In this document: positions 42,702 to 50,910 of the stretch, piece after piece
Position numbering within the stretch: position 1 is the stretch's first letter
How the letters are laid out: the number at the start of each line of letters is the position of its first letter
Source of the DNA: a virus
Virus record (IMG/VR): IMGVR_UViG_3300033475_000035
Direction: 5' to 3' (one strand)
Length of the DNA stretch: 50,910 nucleotides
The notes under the pieces: generated by a model
What the model saw: only the letters and a program-made list of their open reading frames with translations
Told to the model about the DNA's origin: nothing
Database searches by the model: none
Program-made: the position numbers and the translations under genes

Positions 42702-45644
42702 ATGGCAGATAGAAAGTTTAGTCAATTTATCCTAATAGATTCAGAAGATTTATTAGGTACAGATTTTTTCGCAGGATATCGAAGTGGTTTAGATAATACT
42801 CGTACTACGTTAGATGATTTATCAACCTATATTTGGAATAATTTCCCACTATCTTTTGATAATGGCTCATTAATTGGTTTTGATTTGGGTGGCAATCTCG
42901 CAAATATCAAAATAGGTAGCAATTTAAATATCGACGGTGATGGCTTTTTAAACGCCACTGGTGGCGGTGGTGGTGGTATATCCTCTGTTACGGGTACTGT
43001 AGATCAAATTGATGCGACACCAGGTCCTGACGTTGTTTTGTCTTTTGCTAATGATCCGGTTCTCCCTGGAAATGCCACAGCAGCTTCCTTTAATGCCCAA
43101 GGTATTCATTCAGTTGCTGGCCCAGGAACTCTTACTGTCACTAATGGCAATCCAGTTATCAATGGGGATAGTACATTTTTTACTAGGGATTTGGGCGTAA
43201 ATTCATCAATCTATATTGATGGGGTGGGGTACACTGTTTCCCAGGTTATAACTGATAATACGATTATTTTAACTGCGAATTATGCAGGAAGCGATGCGTC
43301 AGGTCTTTCTTATGAATTTGATGCTCCATTTTTAGCAATGACCACTAGTGATGGCGTTCATTTAGGTCAAATCACAAATTCCGGAGAGCTCGTTTATGAT
43401 GCATTTATGCATGGTACATATGCTCCGAGCATTAAACCCAGTTCATTAGGTGGTACGAGTAGTTTAATCTTATCTGCAGATGCTTTATTTGTAAAAATAG
43501 CATCAGATAGTAGTGGTCAGATTCAGTTTTCTGCCGAAAACAATGCTATAGGTAGCATTGATAATGTAGGAAATATGATGCTTGCTGGAAGCATGTCTCT
43601 AGGATCACTTGGCTCACTGACAGGCTCTACGCTTGCGATGCCCGTACAAACTTATGATACCTATAGTCCACGGATTGTCAGCTCGACTGTTTCAGACAGG
43701 GGTAGATATACATTTAATGCTGATGAATATGTTTTTAACTCTGCTTCTGATGAGGCTTTTACGTTTAATGGTATCGCAATCTTCTCAACAGAAATATTAG
43801 TAGGTGGGGATGTAGTTTCTAATAGAACTGTAGCTCCGAGTTCTGTGGCATTATCAGTTGATGGTAGCGGTTATCCACAAATACAATTTGGTGGAAGTAG
43901 TAATACATTGACTTTTGATGGCACTACATTCCTTTTCTCTAACCCGATTCAAGCATCAATCGGCACATTTACGGGTTCTGTCTCCGCATTTGGTAGTAAT
44001 TTGGTTATGACAGATGATGGTTCTGGTAATCCTGTAATTAATTTCTTCGATAGCGTACAGGGTATTAAATTTTCACAAAACCTTGTATTTAATGGAATTA
44101 CAGCTCCATCGGGTATTTGGGATATTGTGACGTTCAACTCTGTTGGGACAGCAACGGATGGTAATTTTAAAGCAGTACAATTTTTAAGCTTTAATGGAAC
44201 ATCCGATTGGAATGTTTCGCCAGGAGTTCATTATGAGAATGGAGAATTTGTAGCCCGCGATGGAACAATATTTTTTGATATCCCGAATGACGGGTTATTA
44301 CAATTCGGCGACTTTGTAGAAGTTTATTTATCAATAGGTGTTGGTAGTACCCCAACGGGCGCATACGGTATCGAGATTTTTAATGCTCGGGCTACCCCTA
44401 CGTTATATTTACAAAATATGGATGATATTCCTTTTACTCCAACTACGCCTGGAATTGTTTTTTACTCTCAATTTGATGAAGGTCTTGGACACTCTATTGG
44501 CTTTTATAAAGATGAAGCTGGTAACGTAACGCAAATCGGCGCTGGCTCTGGTGGTGGTGGTACCGTTACTGAAGTTGATGTAACAAGCGATTTAACTGTG
44601 GATGGAACTCCTGGTGGATCATTTACAGTAGATGGAACTATTGGACTTGCGCCTACAGGTGTAACAGCTGCTTTTTATGATTTCCCAGCCTTGAGTATTG
44701 ATGCAAATGGTCGCGTAACTGATGGTGTTAGTCGGGGTTTTTATAATAGTTCATCAAGTGTTCTCTTGATAAACGGAAGTGGTACTACCTCACATAGTGG
44801 AATAGCTGCTGGAACTATATTCGGTGAATTTGCTGATGCGAGTGATGATGATATTGCTAATTTTGTTGCGCTTGGTAATAATGCTCAAGCAGGGAATCAC
44901 GGTATTTCTATTGGAAGCGGAGCTGGATTTTCTACAAGTGGGCATAATATTCATTTGTTCATTGGATCAGGTGCTGATGCGACAGTTAATGAGTTATTAA
45001 ACATCGCAGCGATAGGCCCAAATGCACGTGTATCAAGAGACAATACTTATTCTTATGGTGATCCAGCAACACCAGTGTCGCATGGATTTAATACACCAGC
45101 TGCTGATTCAAGTCTGCATGTAGTGAGTGGATCAACAAGCGGAGCATTAGGGGCTAAAGGTGTTGCGAGATTTAATGGTATACCTACAGACCCCAGCAAT
45201 AATTGGCCAGTTACTGATAAAGTCTTTCAACAGAATGCTTTAATCACTACAGGTGTAAGTACAAATACAATCTTAACCATTCCTATTTCTAATGCATTAG
45301 GTGGGTGTATTACACGTGCCAGAATTCAAGTTTCTGGAATAATAAATAATGGAACTGCCAGCGGGGCTGGAGAAATATCGGTAGTGGGTGCATTTGATGG
45401 AACAAATACGTTTTATTTAAATGCTGTATCTTCAACGACCCCTGTGGCTATTGTTTTAGATCCAGGTACTACTGCCCCATTTGGATTACCTGCCGGTACC
45501 GCATCAGCGCAAGTGGTTTTATCAGGGACATCAGGTCCTGGAGCTGAAAATATATTAGTGCAAGTAATTGGAATAAATGCAACAACAATAAATTGGATCG
45601 CATGGTGTGAGTATTATACAACACAGGCAATAAGCAATGATTAA
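42702..45644 (+). CDS. Large tail fibre / receptor-binding protein (980 aa)
   Basis: N-terminus shared with 41822-42682. Two poly-Gly hinges. Carries the module shared with the connector at aa 142-203. Confidence 0.75.
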   Translation: MADRKFSQFILIDSEDLLGTDFFAGYRSGLDNTRTTLDDLSTYIWNNFPLSFDNGSLIGFDLGGNLANIKIGSNLNIDGDGFLNATGGGGGGISSVTGTVDQIDATPGPDVVLSFANDPVLPGNATAASFNAQGIHSVAGPGTLTVTNGNPVINGDSTFFTRDLGVNSSIYIDGVGYTVSQVITDNTIILTANYAGSDASGLSYEFDAPFLAMTTSDGVHLGQITNSGELVYDAFMHGTYAPSIKPSSLGGTSSLILSADALFVKIASDSSGQIQFSAENNAIGSIDNVGNMMLAGSMSLGSLGSLTGSTLAMPVQTYDTYSPRIVSSTVSDRGRYTFNADEYVFNSASDEAFTFNGIAIFSTEILVGGDVVSNRTVAPSSVALSVDGSGYPQIQFGGSSNTLTFDGTTFLFSNPIQASIGTFTGSVSAFGSNLVMTDDGSGNPVINFFDSVQGIKFSQNLVFNGITAPSGIWDIVTFNSVGTATDGNFKAVQFLSFNGTSDWNVSPGVHYENGEFVARDGTIFFDIPNDGLLQFGDFVEVYLSIGVGSTPTGAYGIEIFNARATPTLYLQNMDDIPFTPTTPGIVFYSQFDEGLGHSIGFYKDEAGNVTQIGAGSGGGGTVTEVDVTSDLTVDGTPGGSFTVDGTIGLAPTGVTAAFYDFPALSIDANGRVTDGVSRGFYNSSSSVLLINGSGTTSHSGIAAGTIFGEFADASDDDIANFVALGNNAQAGNHGISIGSGAGFSTSGHNIHLFIGSGADATVNELLNIAAIGPNARVSRDNTYSYGDPATPVSHGFNTPAADSSLHVVSGSTSGALGAKGVARFNGIPTDPSNNWPVTDKVFQQNALITTGVSTNTILTIPISNALGGCITRARIQVSGIINNGTASGAGEISVVGAFDGTNTFYLNAVSSTTPVAIVLDPGTTAPFGLPAGTASAQVVLSGTSGPGAENILVQVIGINATTINWIAWCEYYTTQAISND

Positions 45645-45732
45645 TTGTTGTTTTATTTTACCTGGCATTGTGTTATACATGCTGTATAGCGTCATGCTAA
45701 ATTAAAACTTTATGATATATTGGAGAAGGTAA

Positions 45733-45930
45733 ATGAGTGAATTTACACATCAAATTAGTGGTATTTTATTACAAAATACAATTAGCGCCCTTGCAGAATT
45801 GCCTCATAAATATAGTTTCGTAGGTGAATTATTAAAATTATGGCGAGATCAGAAACACTGCGCCCCCTTAGAGAAAGATGAACCAGCCCAAATTCCTGAG
45901 GTTCAACCTGAGAAGGCCGAAAATGCTTGA
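45733..45930 (+). CDS. Hypothetical protein, first gene of the lysis cassette
   Basis: GGAGAAGG RBS. No TM segment seen. Confidence 0.45.
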   Translation: MSEFTHQISGILLQNTISALAELPHKYSFVGELLKLWRDQKHCAPLEKDEPAQIPEVQPEKAENA

Positions 45931-46327
45931 AGCAAGAGTGGATCAGACAGACGTGGTCTTTCCACTTGACGATCGTGTACGTCATTTAGAAACGCAATTT
46001 GCAGTATTACAAAATGATGTGGGCCATGTAGTTGATGGTTTAAATAATTTGGTAGAACAGTTGAAAGAACATACTGAAAAAATTGCTGAATATATCATCC
46101 TCGATAGAAAAGTCATTTCTATCGAGAGTGAGATGACAAGTATAAAAAATGATTTGTCTGAAATAAAAAAGACAGCTCTGATAACCCAGAGTCGGTGGGA
46201 TTTTTTCTCATCTTTGTTTAAAAACCCTCAGCTTTTGATATTCATTACATTTGTTATATTAGCGCTCTCGCCAAATATTGATATTCCCCAAGCATTTGCA
46301 GCGGTATCTAACTTTTTAGCGAAATAA
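45923..46327 (+). CDS. Coiled-coil protein with a single C-terminal TM helix (holin or lysis-associated candidate)
   Basis: The ATG overlaps the upstream stop codon. LLIFITFVILALSP lies near the C-terminus. Abuts the endolysin gene. Confidence 0.5.
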   Translation: MLEARVDQTDVVFPLDDRVRHLETQFAVLQNDVGHVVDGLNNLVEQLKEHTEKIAEYIILDRKVISIESEMTSIKNDLSEIKKTALITQSRWDFFSSLFKNPQLLIFITFVILALSPNIDIPQAFAAVSNFLAK

Positions 46328-46785
46328 TGAAAGCATCCCAAGTTTGTAAAGACTTAATCATTAAATATGAATGCTCGGGAGACGCATTTAAATATTTATG
46401 CGCATATAAATGCCCAGCCGGATATTGGACTATTGGCATAGGATTTACAACCTATGAGGATGGTCAGTATGTACGAGAGGGTGATTGTATTACACCAGAA
46501 AGATGCATGTCACTATTTGAGCATAAGCTTGAAGAATTCGAATCCTGTATAAATAAACTAGTTATTCAACCCACAAATCAAAATCAATTTGATGCATTAG
46601 TTAGTTTTTGCTTCAACATTGGATGTCAAAATTTTAAAGTTAGTACGCTTTTGCAGAAAATAAATAAGAACCCAAATGATCCATCAATTAAAGACGAAAT
46701 AAAGAGATGGATATACGTTCATGGCACTCAAAGCAAAGGACTTATAAATCGAAGAGAAGAGGAAGCTCAATTATATTTTAGATAG
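46327..46785 (+). CDS. Endolysin, GH24 (T4/P22-type lysozyme)
   Basis: YKCPAGYWTIGIGFT and NQNQFDALVSFCFNIG match P22 gp19 YSDSRGIPTIGVGHT and NQNQYDALCSLIFNIG. A Cys occupies the usual Asp position, which is the known D/C variation. Confidence 0.85.
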   Translation: MKASQVCKDLIIKYECSGDAFKYLCAYKCPAGYWTIGIGFTTYEDGQYVREGDCITPERCMSLFEHKLEEFESCINKLVIQPTNQNQFDALVSFCFNIGCQNFKVSTLLQKINKNPNDPSIKDEIKRWIYVHGTQSKGLINRREEEAQLYFR

Positions 46786-46806
46786 CTATCTAATTTAATA
46801 TATAAT

Positions 46807-46834
46807 TTGACCATAAAATATGTGATGGTATAAT
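46807..46834 (+). promoter_or_regulatory. Near-consensus sigma-70 promoter with an extended -10 and no downstream plus-strand ORF
   Basis: TTGACC (46807-46812), 16-nt spacer, TGG-TATAAT (46826-46834). Confidence 0.65.
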
Positions 46835-46840
46835 ACAAAT

Positions 46841-46917
46841 GCGCGTGGCGGAATGCTACTCAAAAACCCTACGGAGTGGTAGTTCGAAGAACTGCTTTAC
46901 ATATAAGCGCCGCCACA
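46841..46917 (+). ncRNA. Candidate small structured RNA with a tRNA-like cloverleaf (not a canonical tRNA)
   Basis: 7-bp closing stem GTGGCGG/CCGCCAC (46845-51 / 46910-16) and a 2-nt linker. Three hairpins follow: 46854-81, 46882-92 and 46893-909. The last has a 5-bp stem and 7-nt loop abutting the 3' strand. The G-U pairs only work on the plus strand. Confidence 0.45.
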
Positions 46918-46927
46918 AGCATTCTTC

Positions 46928-47170
46928 TTATAACTCTCCAGTTACTTTATAGAATGTCCACTCATCTTCTTCTTGGTCAGGAATTTCTGGATAAGGAATA
47001 GGTTCTGAGCCCAATAAAAATTGATTTAATCCCTTTACTATGGCATCTGCTTCATGCTGTTGGCAATCCATTAGTTCTGCAACATGCCTTACTGCTTTAC
47101 CAGTCTCAGCAAAAGCAACTCGAAATCGTTGTTTATTAACGCCCTTTTTATGTTGAATAATATAATACAT
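46928..47170 (-). CDS. Hypothetical protein
   Basis: AAGAGA RBS. 80 aa. Confidence 0.6.
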   Translation of the reverse strand: MYYIIQHKKGVNKQRFRVAFAETGKAVRHVAELMDCQQHEADAIVKGLNQFLLGSEPIPYPEIPDQEEDEWTFYKVTGEL

Positions 47171-47205
47171 AGTTTTCTCTTTAAAATAATTAATAATGAA
47201 TTTTG

Positions 47206-47234
47206 ATAGTATCTTATATCGATCTGGTACGCAA
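47206..47234 (-). promoter_or_regulatory. Sigma-70-like promoter for 46928-47170
   Basis: On the minus strand: TTGCGT-17-TACTAT. Confidence 0.35.
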
Positions 47235-47279
47235 CAAACAGATAACTTACTTATGATTGAAGTGACTGGATTAAAGAAT

Positions 47280-47319
47280 AAAAAAAGCCCGTAGAGCTTT
47301 TTAAGGCAATACGGGCTTT
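47280..47319 (-). terminator. Rho-independent terminator (minus strand)
   Basis: On the minus strand, AAAGCCCGTA, 16-nt loop, TACGGGCTTT, followed by a T7 run. Confidence 0.7.
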
Positions 47320-47409
47320 GTGTACCAGCAGCAAAAGATTATAGCGAGAGAATCTCTTACATAAAGCCAGTACGGATCTGACAGCTTAAGTATACCAAAT
47401 TTCGGTAAT

Positions 47410-48084
47410 TTATCCACATACTTCGTCAGTTCCCCCTCTTATCGGCTCTGCAATCATCCCAAATGGCCTGAGTCCATATAATTTTTCAGGGAGATAAAAG
47501 TGGTGATCAAGATAAACTTCATTGTAGTATGAGCCAGGTTCTACAGCTTCTACAGGAACTCTTATCGTTGTAGATCTAATGATGTTCGCTATGGGTTTGT
47601 GAAGCTTGCACATTCCATCATAGTAGCGGTGATCTGAAGGACTATGACTAAAAGTTAATCCACTATTAGTGTGGTGAGTAGGCTTAGCAATTTTTCCATT
47701 TAAACAGGAATACCCTCGCATATCTTCAATATATACCTCGGAATCCATCGTAAAGAAATAATTATAGGTCAGATAGTCATAGTAAAGAATAAAACTATTT
47801 CTATCATTAATCTGATTAATAGAGCTTAATACCTTACTGCTAACAGCAAATGGTGTTATGGTTTTGGTCGATATATATTGCCTTCCAAGCTCATCAGTAA
47901 ATATAGTTCCAGCCTCGACTGGAGCAGCTTTATGGCCTATATTATGAGTATCTCCCGATACAATAATATGGCCTGTCGCCTTTTTACCAGGAACACACTG
48001 ACTGCTTGCATAGACTACTGAGTAACTGAGAAGAAGCAGAATTAAAAAGCACGTGCATATCATTATTGTTCTTTGTGTTTGCAT
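47410..48084 (-). CDS. Secreted protein with a cleavable signal peptide (moron candidate)
   Basis: N-terminus MQTQRTIMICTCFLILLLLSYSVVYA-SSQ. AAGGAG RBS. Has its own terminator. Confidence 0.7.
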   Translation of the reverse strand: MQTQRTIMICTCFLILLLLSYSVVYASSQCVPGKKATGHIIVSGDTHNIGHKAAPVEAGTIFTDELGRQYISTKTITPFAVSSKVLSSINQINDRNSFILYYDYLTYNYFFTMDSEVYIEDMRGYSCLNGKIAKPTHHTNSGLTFSHSPSDHRYYDGMCKLHKPIANIIRSTTIRVPVEAVEPGSYYNEVYLDHHFYLPEKLYGLRPFGMIAEPIRGGTDEVCG

Positions 48085-48108
48085 AGTTATCTCCTTTTAT
48101 TAATATAC

Positions 48109-48597
48109 TTATTTGTTTGCTAGCTTGTTATCTTTTTTTATTTTCTCTACAGTATAGTTATCACGGCTTGGATCTGAATCAGATATAAAATAATTTAAAA
48201 TACAGCAATATATCCTATTGTTAAGAACTGGGATTGCTTTTTGATTGGAATCATAGCAGCACAAAAATATCTTTATTACCATGCTAACATCACTTCCAGA
48301 TTGGGCAGGTACTATACTGCATTTGGCTAAATGCGTCTTTAATCTAAAATTAAGATATTGGTCTAACCTTCTTTCTATGAACCGCCTTTTTTCGATCAGA
48401 AACAACTCATGCGGATCTCGAGTAAATACATCTCGGTCCATCTGAATAATACGACAAGTTTCTGTAATGACCTCTGGGTCACGTAGAATATCTATCTCTC
48501 TCTCGAAAACATTAACCCAATGGAATATCGAATCAAGGAAGTAATTATAGTCATTAATTGCTTGTGAATAGACTTTCTTCAAGAATAGTGTATGCAT
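48109..48597 (-). CDS. Hypothetical protein
   Basis: AGGAG RBS. 162 aa. Confidence 0.65.
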   Translation of the reverse strand: MHTLFLKKVYSQAINDYNYFLDSIFHWVNVFEREIDILRDPEVITETCRIIQMDRDVFTRDPHELFLIEKRRFIERRLDQYLNFRLKTHLAKCSIVPAQSGSDVSMVIKIFLCCYDSNQKAIPVLNNRIYCCILNYFISDSDPSRDNYTVEKIKKDNKLANK

Positions 48598-48618
48598 AAT
48601 ATCTTTATCTCCTAAGAA

Positions 48619-48644
48619 AGCCGCTAGGGAGATAGCTAGCGGCT
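48619..48644 (-). terminator. 9-bp hairpin between the ATPase gene and the downstream gene (attenuator or terminator candidate)
   Basis: AGCCGCTAG ggagatag CTAGCGGCT. Confidence 0.4.
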
Positions 48645-48687
48645 AATAACACCTATAAATGCTATCAATAAAATAATATAATATATA

Positions 48688-49857
48688 TTATATGTTGGCA
48701 ACATTATTTTTTATTTTAAATGCATCAGATGCATTAACCGTTCCACTTAATATGCAATCATAAATCCCTTGTAGATGTTGCACGTCATTATCGTCAAACT
48801 CATCCTGCTTTTTACGTTTAAAGTAAGACACAATGTCATTCTCTTTTATTCCGTATTTAACATAGAGATTAGATATGATATCTTGCTGACCTAAAGGTTT
48901 TTCTTCCTTTTTAACCGATGTTTCGATAGTTATCGGGTCTGAATAAACCTTTAATTCCTTGTCAAAAACAAGGCCAATTCCTTTAGCCCTGTCTCTTATT
49001 AATAACCCCGCTCTATTTTTGGAATCCCATATATTTTCTTCTGAATTAACTAATGTAACAAACTCATTAGCTTCTTTAGCATTTTTAACTAAAGATGCTT
49101 TAAGAGAGTAATCTGACACTAACTGATTATATTTTTTCATCTGCTCAGCTCTTTCTTTTATAGCATCCTCATATTTGCTAAAGATAGTTTCTAAAAGATT
49201 ATTATCTGTTTTATTCTCTGCGTTAACAACATGTATTACTTCTTCTATAGAACACGTATTTTTTCCATAATATCTTTCGCAGGGATCAAAACTAATCGTT
49301 CTCTTCTTTCCATGTGCTTCCATATATCCAACTAAGTCTAATTCCTTGATCAAATCAACAGAGCTAGAGCCTCCAATTTCTGGCCTAAGCACTCGATTAT
49401 CTCCTTCTTTCTCTTCTTTCTCATGTGCAACAAACACAATGTGCTTGCCTAATAACGAGATGGTAGATATAAATCGAGAAAACATCGTTTTTCTAGCGCC
49501 ATATCCTTGTAGAGATAAGCTCCCATCTCTTTTGCCATTTTTAGGGTCTGACTTTATCAGATAGTCACTCATGTGATCTAACATCTTGCCAGCTGTATCA
49601 ATTACTAGTGTCTTATATAACCGAGGGTTTTCCTGAAGATGCTTAACGACATCACAAACCTCAGACCAGCTTTTGACTTGTACTGTGTCATGAAGATGTT
49701 GTTGTTTAACACGATGCGCACCCTTATCAAAATCCAATAAGAGACAATCAGGAGCGGAAAGGGCAAGAGTCGTCTTGCCAATACCGGGTTGTCCATAGAC
49801 AAGCATTCTTATAGTAGTAACCGGCTCAATTTCATGAGGTTTTTTAATTAATTGCAT
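48688..49857 (-). CDS. AAA_24 / Sak4-like RecA-fold ATPase with a long C-terminal extension
   Basis: IRMLVYGQPGIGKTTLALSAP..LLLDFDKGAHRV and TLVIDTAGKM. Confidence 0.8.
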   Translation of the reverse strand: MQLIKKPHEIEPVTTIRMLVYGQPGIGKTTLALSAPDCLLLDFDKGAHRVKQQHLHDTVQVKSWSEVCDVVKHLQENPRLYKTLVIDTAGKMLDHMSDYLIKSDPKNGKRDGSLSLQGYGARKTMFSRFISTISLLGKHIVFVAHEKEEKEGDNRVLRPEIGGSSSVDLIKELDLVGYMEAHGKKRTISFDPCERYYGKNTCSIEEVIHVVNAENKTDNNLLETIFSKYEDAIKERAEQMKKYNQLVSDYSLKASLVKNAKEANEFVTLVNSEENIWDSKNRAGLLIRDRAKGIGLVFDKELKVYSDPITIETSVKKEEKPLGQQDIISNLYVKYGIKENDIVSYFKRKKQDEFDDNDVQHLQGIYDCILSGTVNASDAFKIKNNVANI

Positions 49858-50191
49858 GATCTGTCTCCATTAGTGTTTGTTCGTTAAATTCATCAGTTAT
49901 GATGTCATCAAAATAATTAATGAATATGTTAATAAAAGATGTTCCTAGATAAATACTCGCTCCAACGAAACCCTCTGAACTGCAATCCGTAAAGAACTCT
50001 ATTATAGATTCCTTTAAAAAGCCTTTTTTATCTGCTTGTTTCAAAAGATTATAAAACATATCACCAGAGCCATCATCTACAATGTCTTCAATAATATAGC
50101 CAACTAGAGTTAGTTTCTGCTCTTTAGTTAAAGATTTTATATTGCAGATACCATTTTTAGTTAATTCACTGATTGCAGTCGTTAGTTTCAT
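49844..50191 (-). CDS. Hypothetical protein
   Basis: AGGAGG RBS. Overlaps the start of the ATPase gene. Confidence 0.6.
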   Translation of the reverse strand: MKLTTAISELTKNGICNIKSLTKEQKLTLVGYIIEDIVDDGSGDMFYNLLKQADKKGFLKESIIEFFTDCSSEGFVGASIYLGTSFINIFINYFDDIITDEFNEQTLMETDHAIN

Positions 50192-50261
50192 AGTTTCCTC
50201 CTTTTTGTGGTATTTTATTATTATTTACAAAATAAACTATGTCAAATAATCAAAATTAATA

Positions 50262-50570
50262 TTACATTGGGATGAAAATATATTTAATACTCTCTTCCCC
50301 ATAACCATTTATTATGATGTGTTTCTTAATTTTACCGATAGTTTTCCCACCAATATCAGTTAGCAATATATCTGTACACGCTGAGGGATCTTCTGCAATC
50401 TCACTACTGGCAATTAATTCTGATGACTCAGAAATGGCATCAAATAACTCACGCCTGATTCTATTTTGCTCGACATCAATCCTAGCCTTTTGTTCGTTCA
50501 TCAACTTATAGAAGGCCACTTTATCAGATAGATTACTATCAAGAGATAGTGTTAGAGAGGTAGTTTTCAT
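50262..50570 (-). CDS. Hypothetical protein
   Basis: ATGA-type overlap with the upstream gene. Confidence 0.6.
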   Translation of the reverse strand: MKTTSLTLSLDSNLSDKVAFYKLMNEQKARIDVEQNRIRRELFDAISESSELIASSEIAEDPSACTDILLTDIGGKTIGKIKKHIIINGYGEESIKYIFIPM

Positions 50571-50910
50571 TATCTAATTTCCTGGGCGCCAATTTTAGAT
50601 AAAGCATTGTTAATAACTGAAAGCCCAAAAAATTCCTTTTCATCGTCGTCCCAGCCAACAACGGTATTCCTTAAATCATTAATAGTTTTAATACCTTTAT
50701 GAGCAAGGGATTTCTTCATGCCTTCTGGTATATCCAATAGTGAGATAGAAGTAAATAAATCTTCCTCATAATCATCTTTTACCTGGGGTTCTTCGGGGAT
50801 AGGAGCCTCTGAAGAATATTGATCTAACTCTATGCAGGGGTAATCTTCTGGATTTTGCATGTGAAGACTAAAGTCAAGATTATATAAAGCATTAAGTAAT
50901 TCTCTCTTTA
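50570..50910 (-). CDS. 3' part of the junction-spanning gene (true start at 290 after circularisation; 167 aa in total). Carries an alpha-CTD-like HhH C-terminus.
   Basis: ISLLDIPEGMKKSLAHKGIKTINDLRNT. The frame stays open to the window end and continues in 1-290. Confidence 0.7.
   Translation of the reverse strand, partial: KRELLNALYNLDFSLHMQNPEDYPCIELDQYSSEAPIPEEPQVKDDYEEDLFTSISLLDIPEGMKKSLAHKGIKTINDLRNTVVGWDDDEKEFFGLSVINNALSKIGAQEIR
50784..50910. repeat. Exact 127-bp terminal direct repeat, copy 2
   Basis: Identical to 1-127. Confidence 0.95.

Noticed and set aside
37809-45644. A diversity-generating retroelement acting on the fibre genes
   Set aside because: There is no reverse transcriptase ORF and no template/variable repeat pair with adenine-specific differences. 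The fibre similarities are ordinary paralogy.
46845-46916. A canonical tRNA gene
   Set aside because: The length and the 7-bp acceptor-like stem fit. However, there is no D-stem pairing at the standard positions, no GG in a D-loop, and no TTCRA T-loop (the loop is TACATAT). No 5-bp/7-nt anticodon arm is compatible with the other arms, and there is no CCA. I kept it only as a tRNA-like ncRNA candidate.
46841-46927. An attP site (tRNA-like sequence as an integration core) with an integrase
   Set aside because: No tyrosine or serine recombinase or transposase is encoded anywhere in the 50.8-kb circle.
47410-47418. A perfect DnaA-box consensus TTATCCACA
   Set aside because: It is a single occurrence overlapping the stop codon region of a gene. 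One such 9-mer is roughly what chance predicts in 2 x 50 kb. None is seen in the candidate ori region.

Overview
The window is a complete, circularly closing genome of a tailed dsDNA phage with a contractile tail. Bases 1-127 are repeated exactly at 50784-50910, so the unit length is 50,783 bp, and one minus-strand gene spans the junction. The sequence is AT-rich and densely coded.

Layout:
- 457-2167 (+): a plasmid-type RepA-like initiator, an AT-rich repeat region that may be an origin, and a CheY-like receiver operon.
- 2336-4065 (-): a leftward early operon with an Xis-like HTH protein, Hfq, RusA and small ORFans.
- 4203-11487 (+): about 25 small early genes, including CsrA, a DUF3310 protein and several paralogue families.
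- 11484-12178: a divergent HTH pair with phased operator-like repeats.
- 12206-16668 (+): middle genes, including three DUF551-type proteins, a protein carrying only sigma-70 region 4, and a protein with RNAP alpha-CTD-like HhH modules.
- 16756-46785 (+): the late module. It has TerL, portal, MuF-like protein, S78 protease, HK97-type capsid, connector, sheath, tube, a chaperone with a -1 frameshift, tape measure, a Mu gp43-48-like baseplate, four tail-fibre genes in two paralogous pairs, and a lysis cassette with a GH24 endolysin.
- 46807-46917 (+): a strong orphan promoter driving a 72-nt cloverleaf-like RNA.
- 46928 to the junction (-): a leftward operon with an AAA_24/Sak4-like ATPase and a secreted-protein moron.

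I found no integrase, transposase, CRISPR array, rRNA or canonical tRNA.

The most unusual feature is that one phage carries homologues or mimics of several host global regulators: Hfq, CsrA, a stand-alone phosphorylatable receiver, a sigma region-4 domain and alpha-CTD-like modules. It also has promoter-driven structured RNAs and a plasmid-type replication module. This suggests an integrase-less, possibly phage-plasmid lifestyle with extensive takeover of host regulation.

All family calls come from motifs recognised by eye and need HMM or BLAST confirmation.
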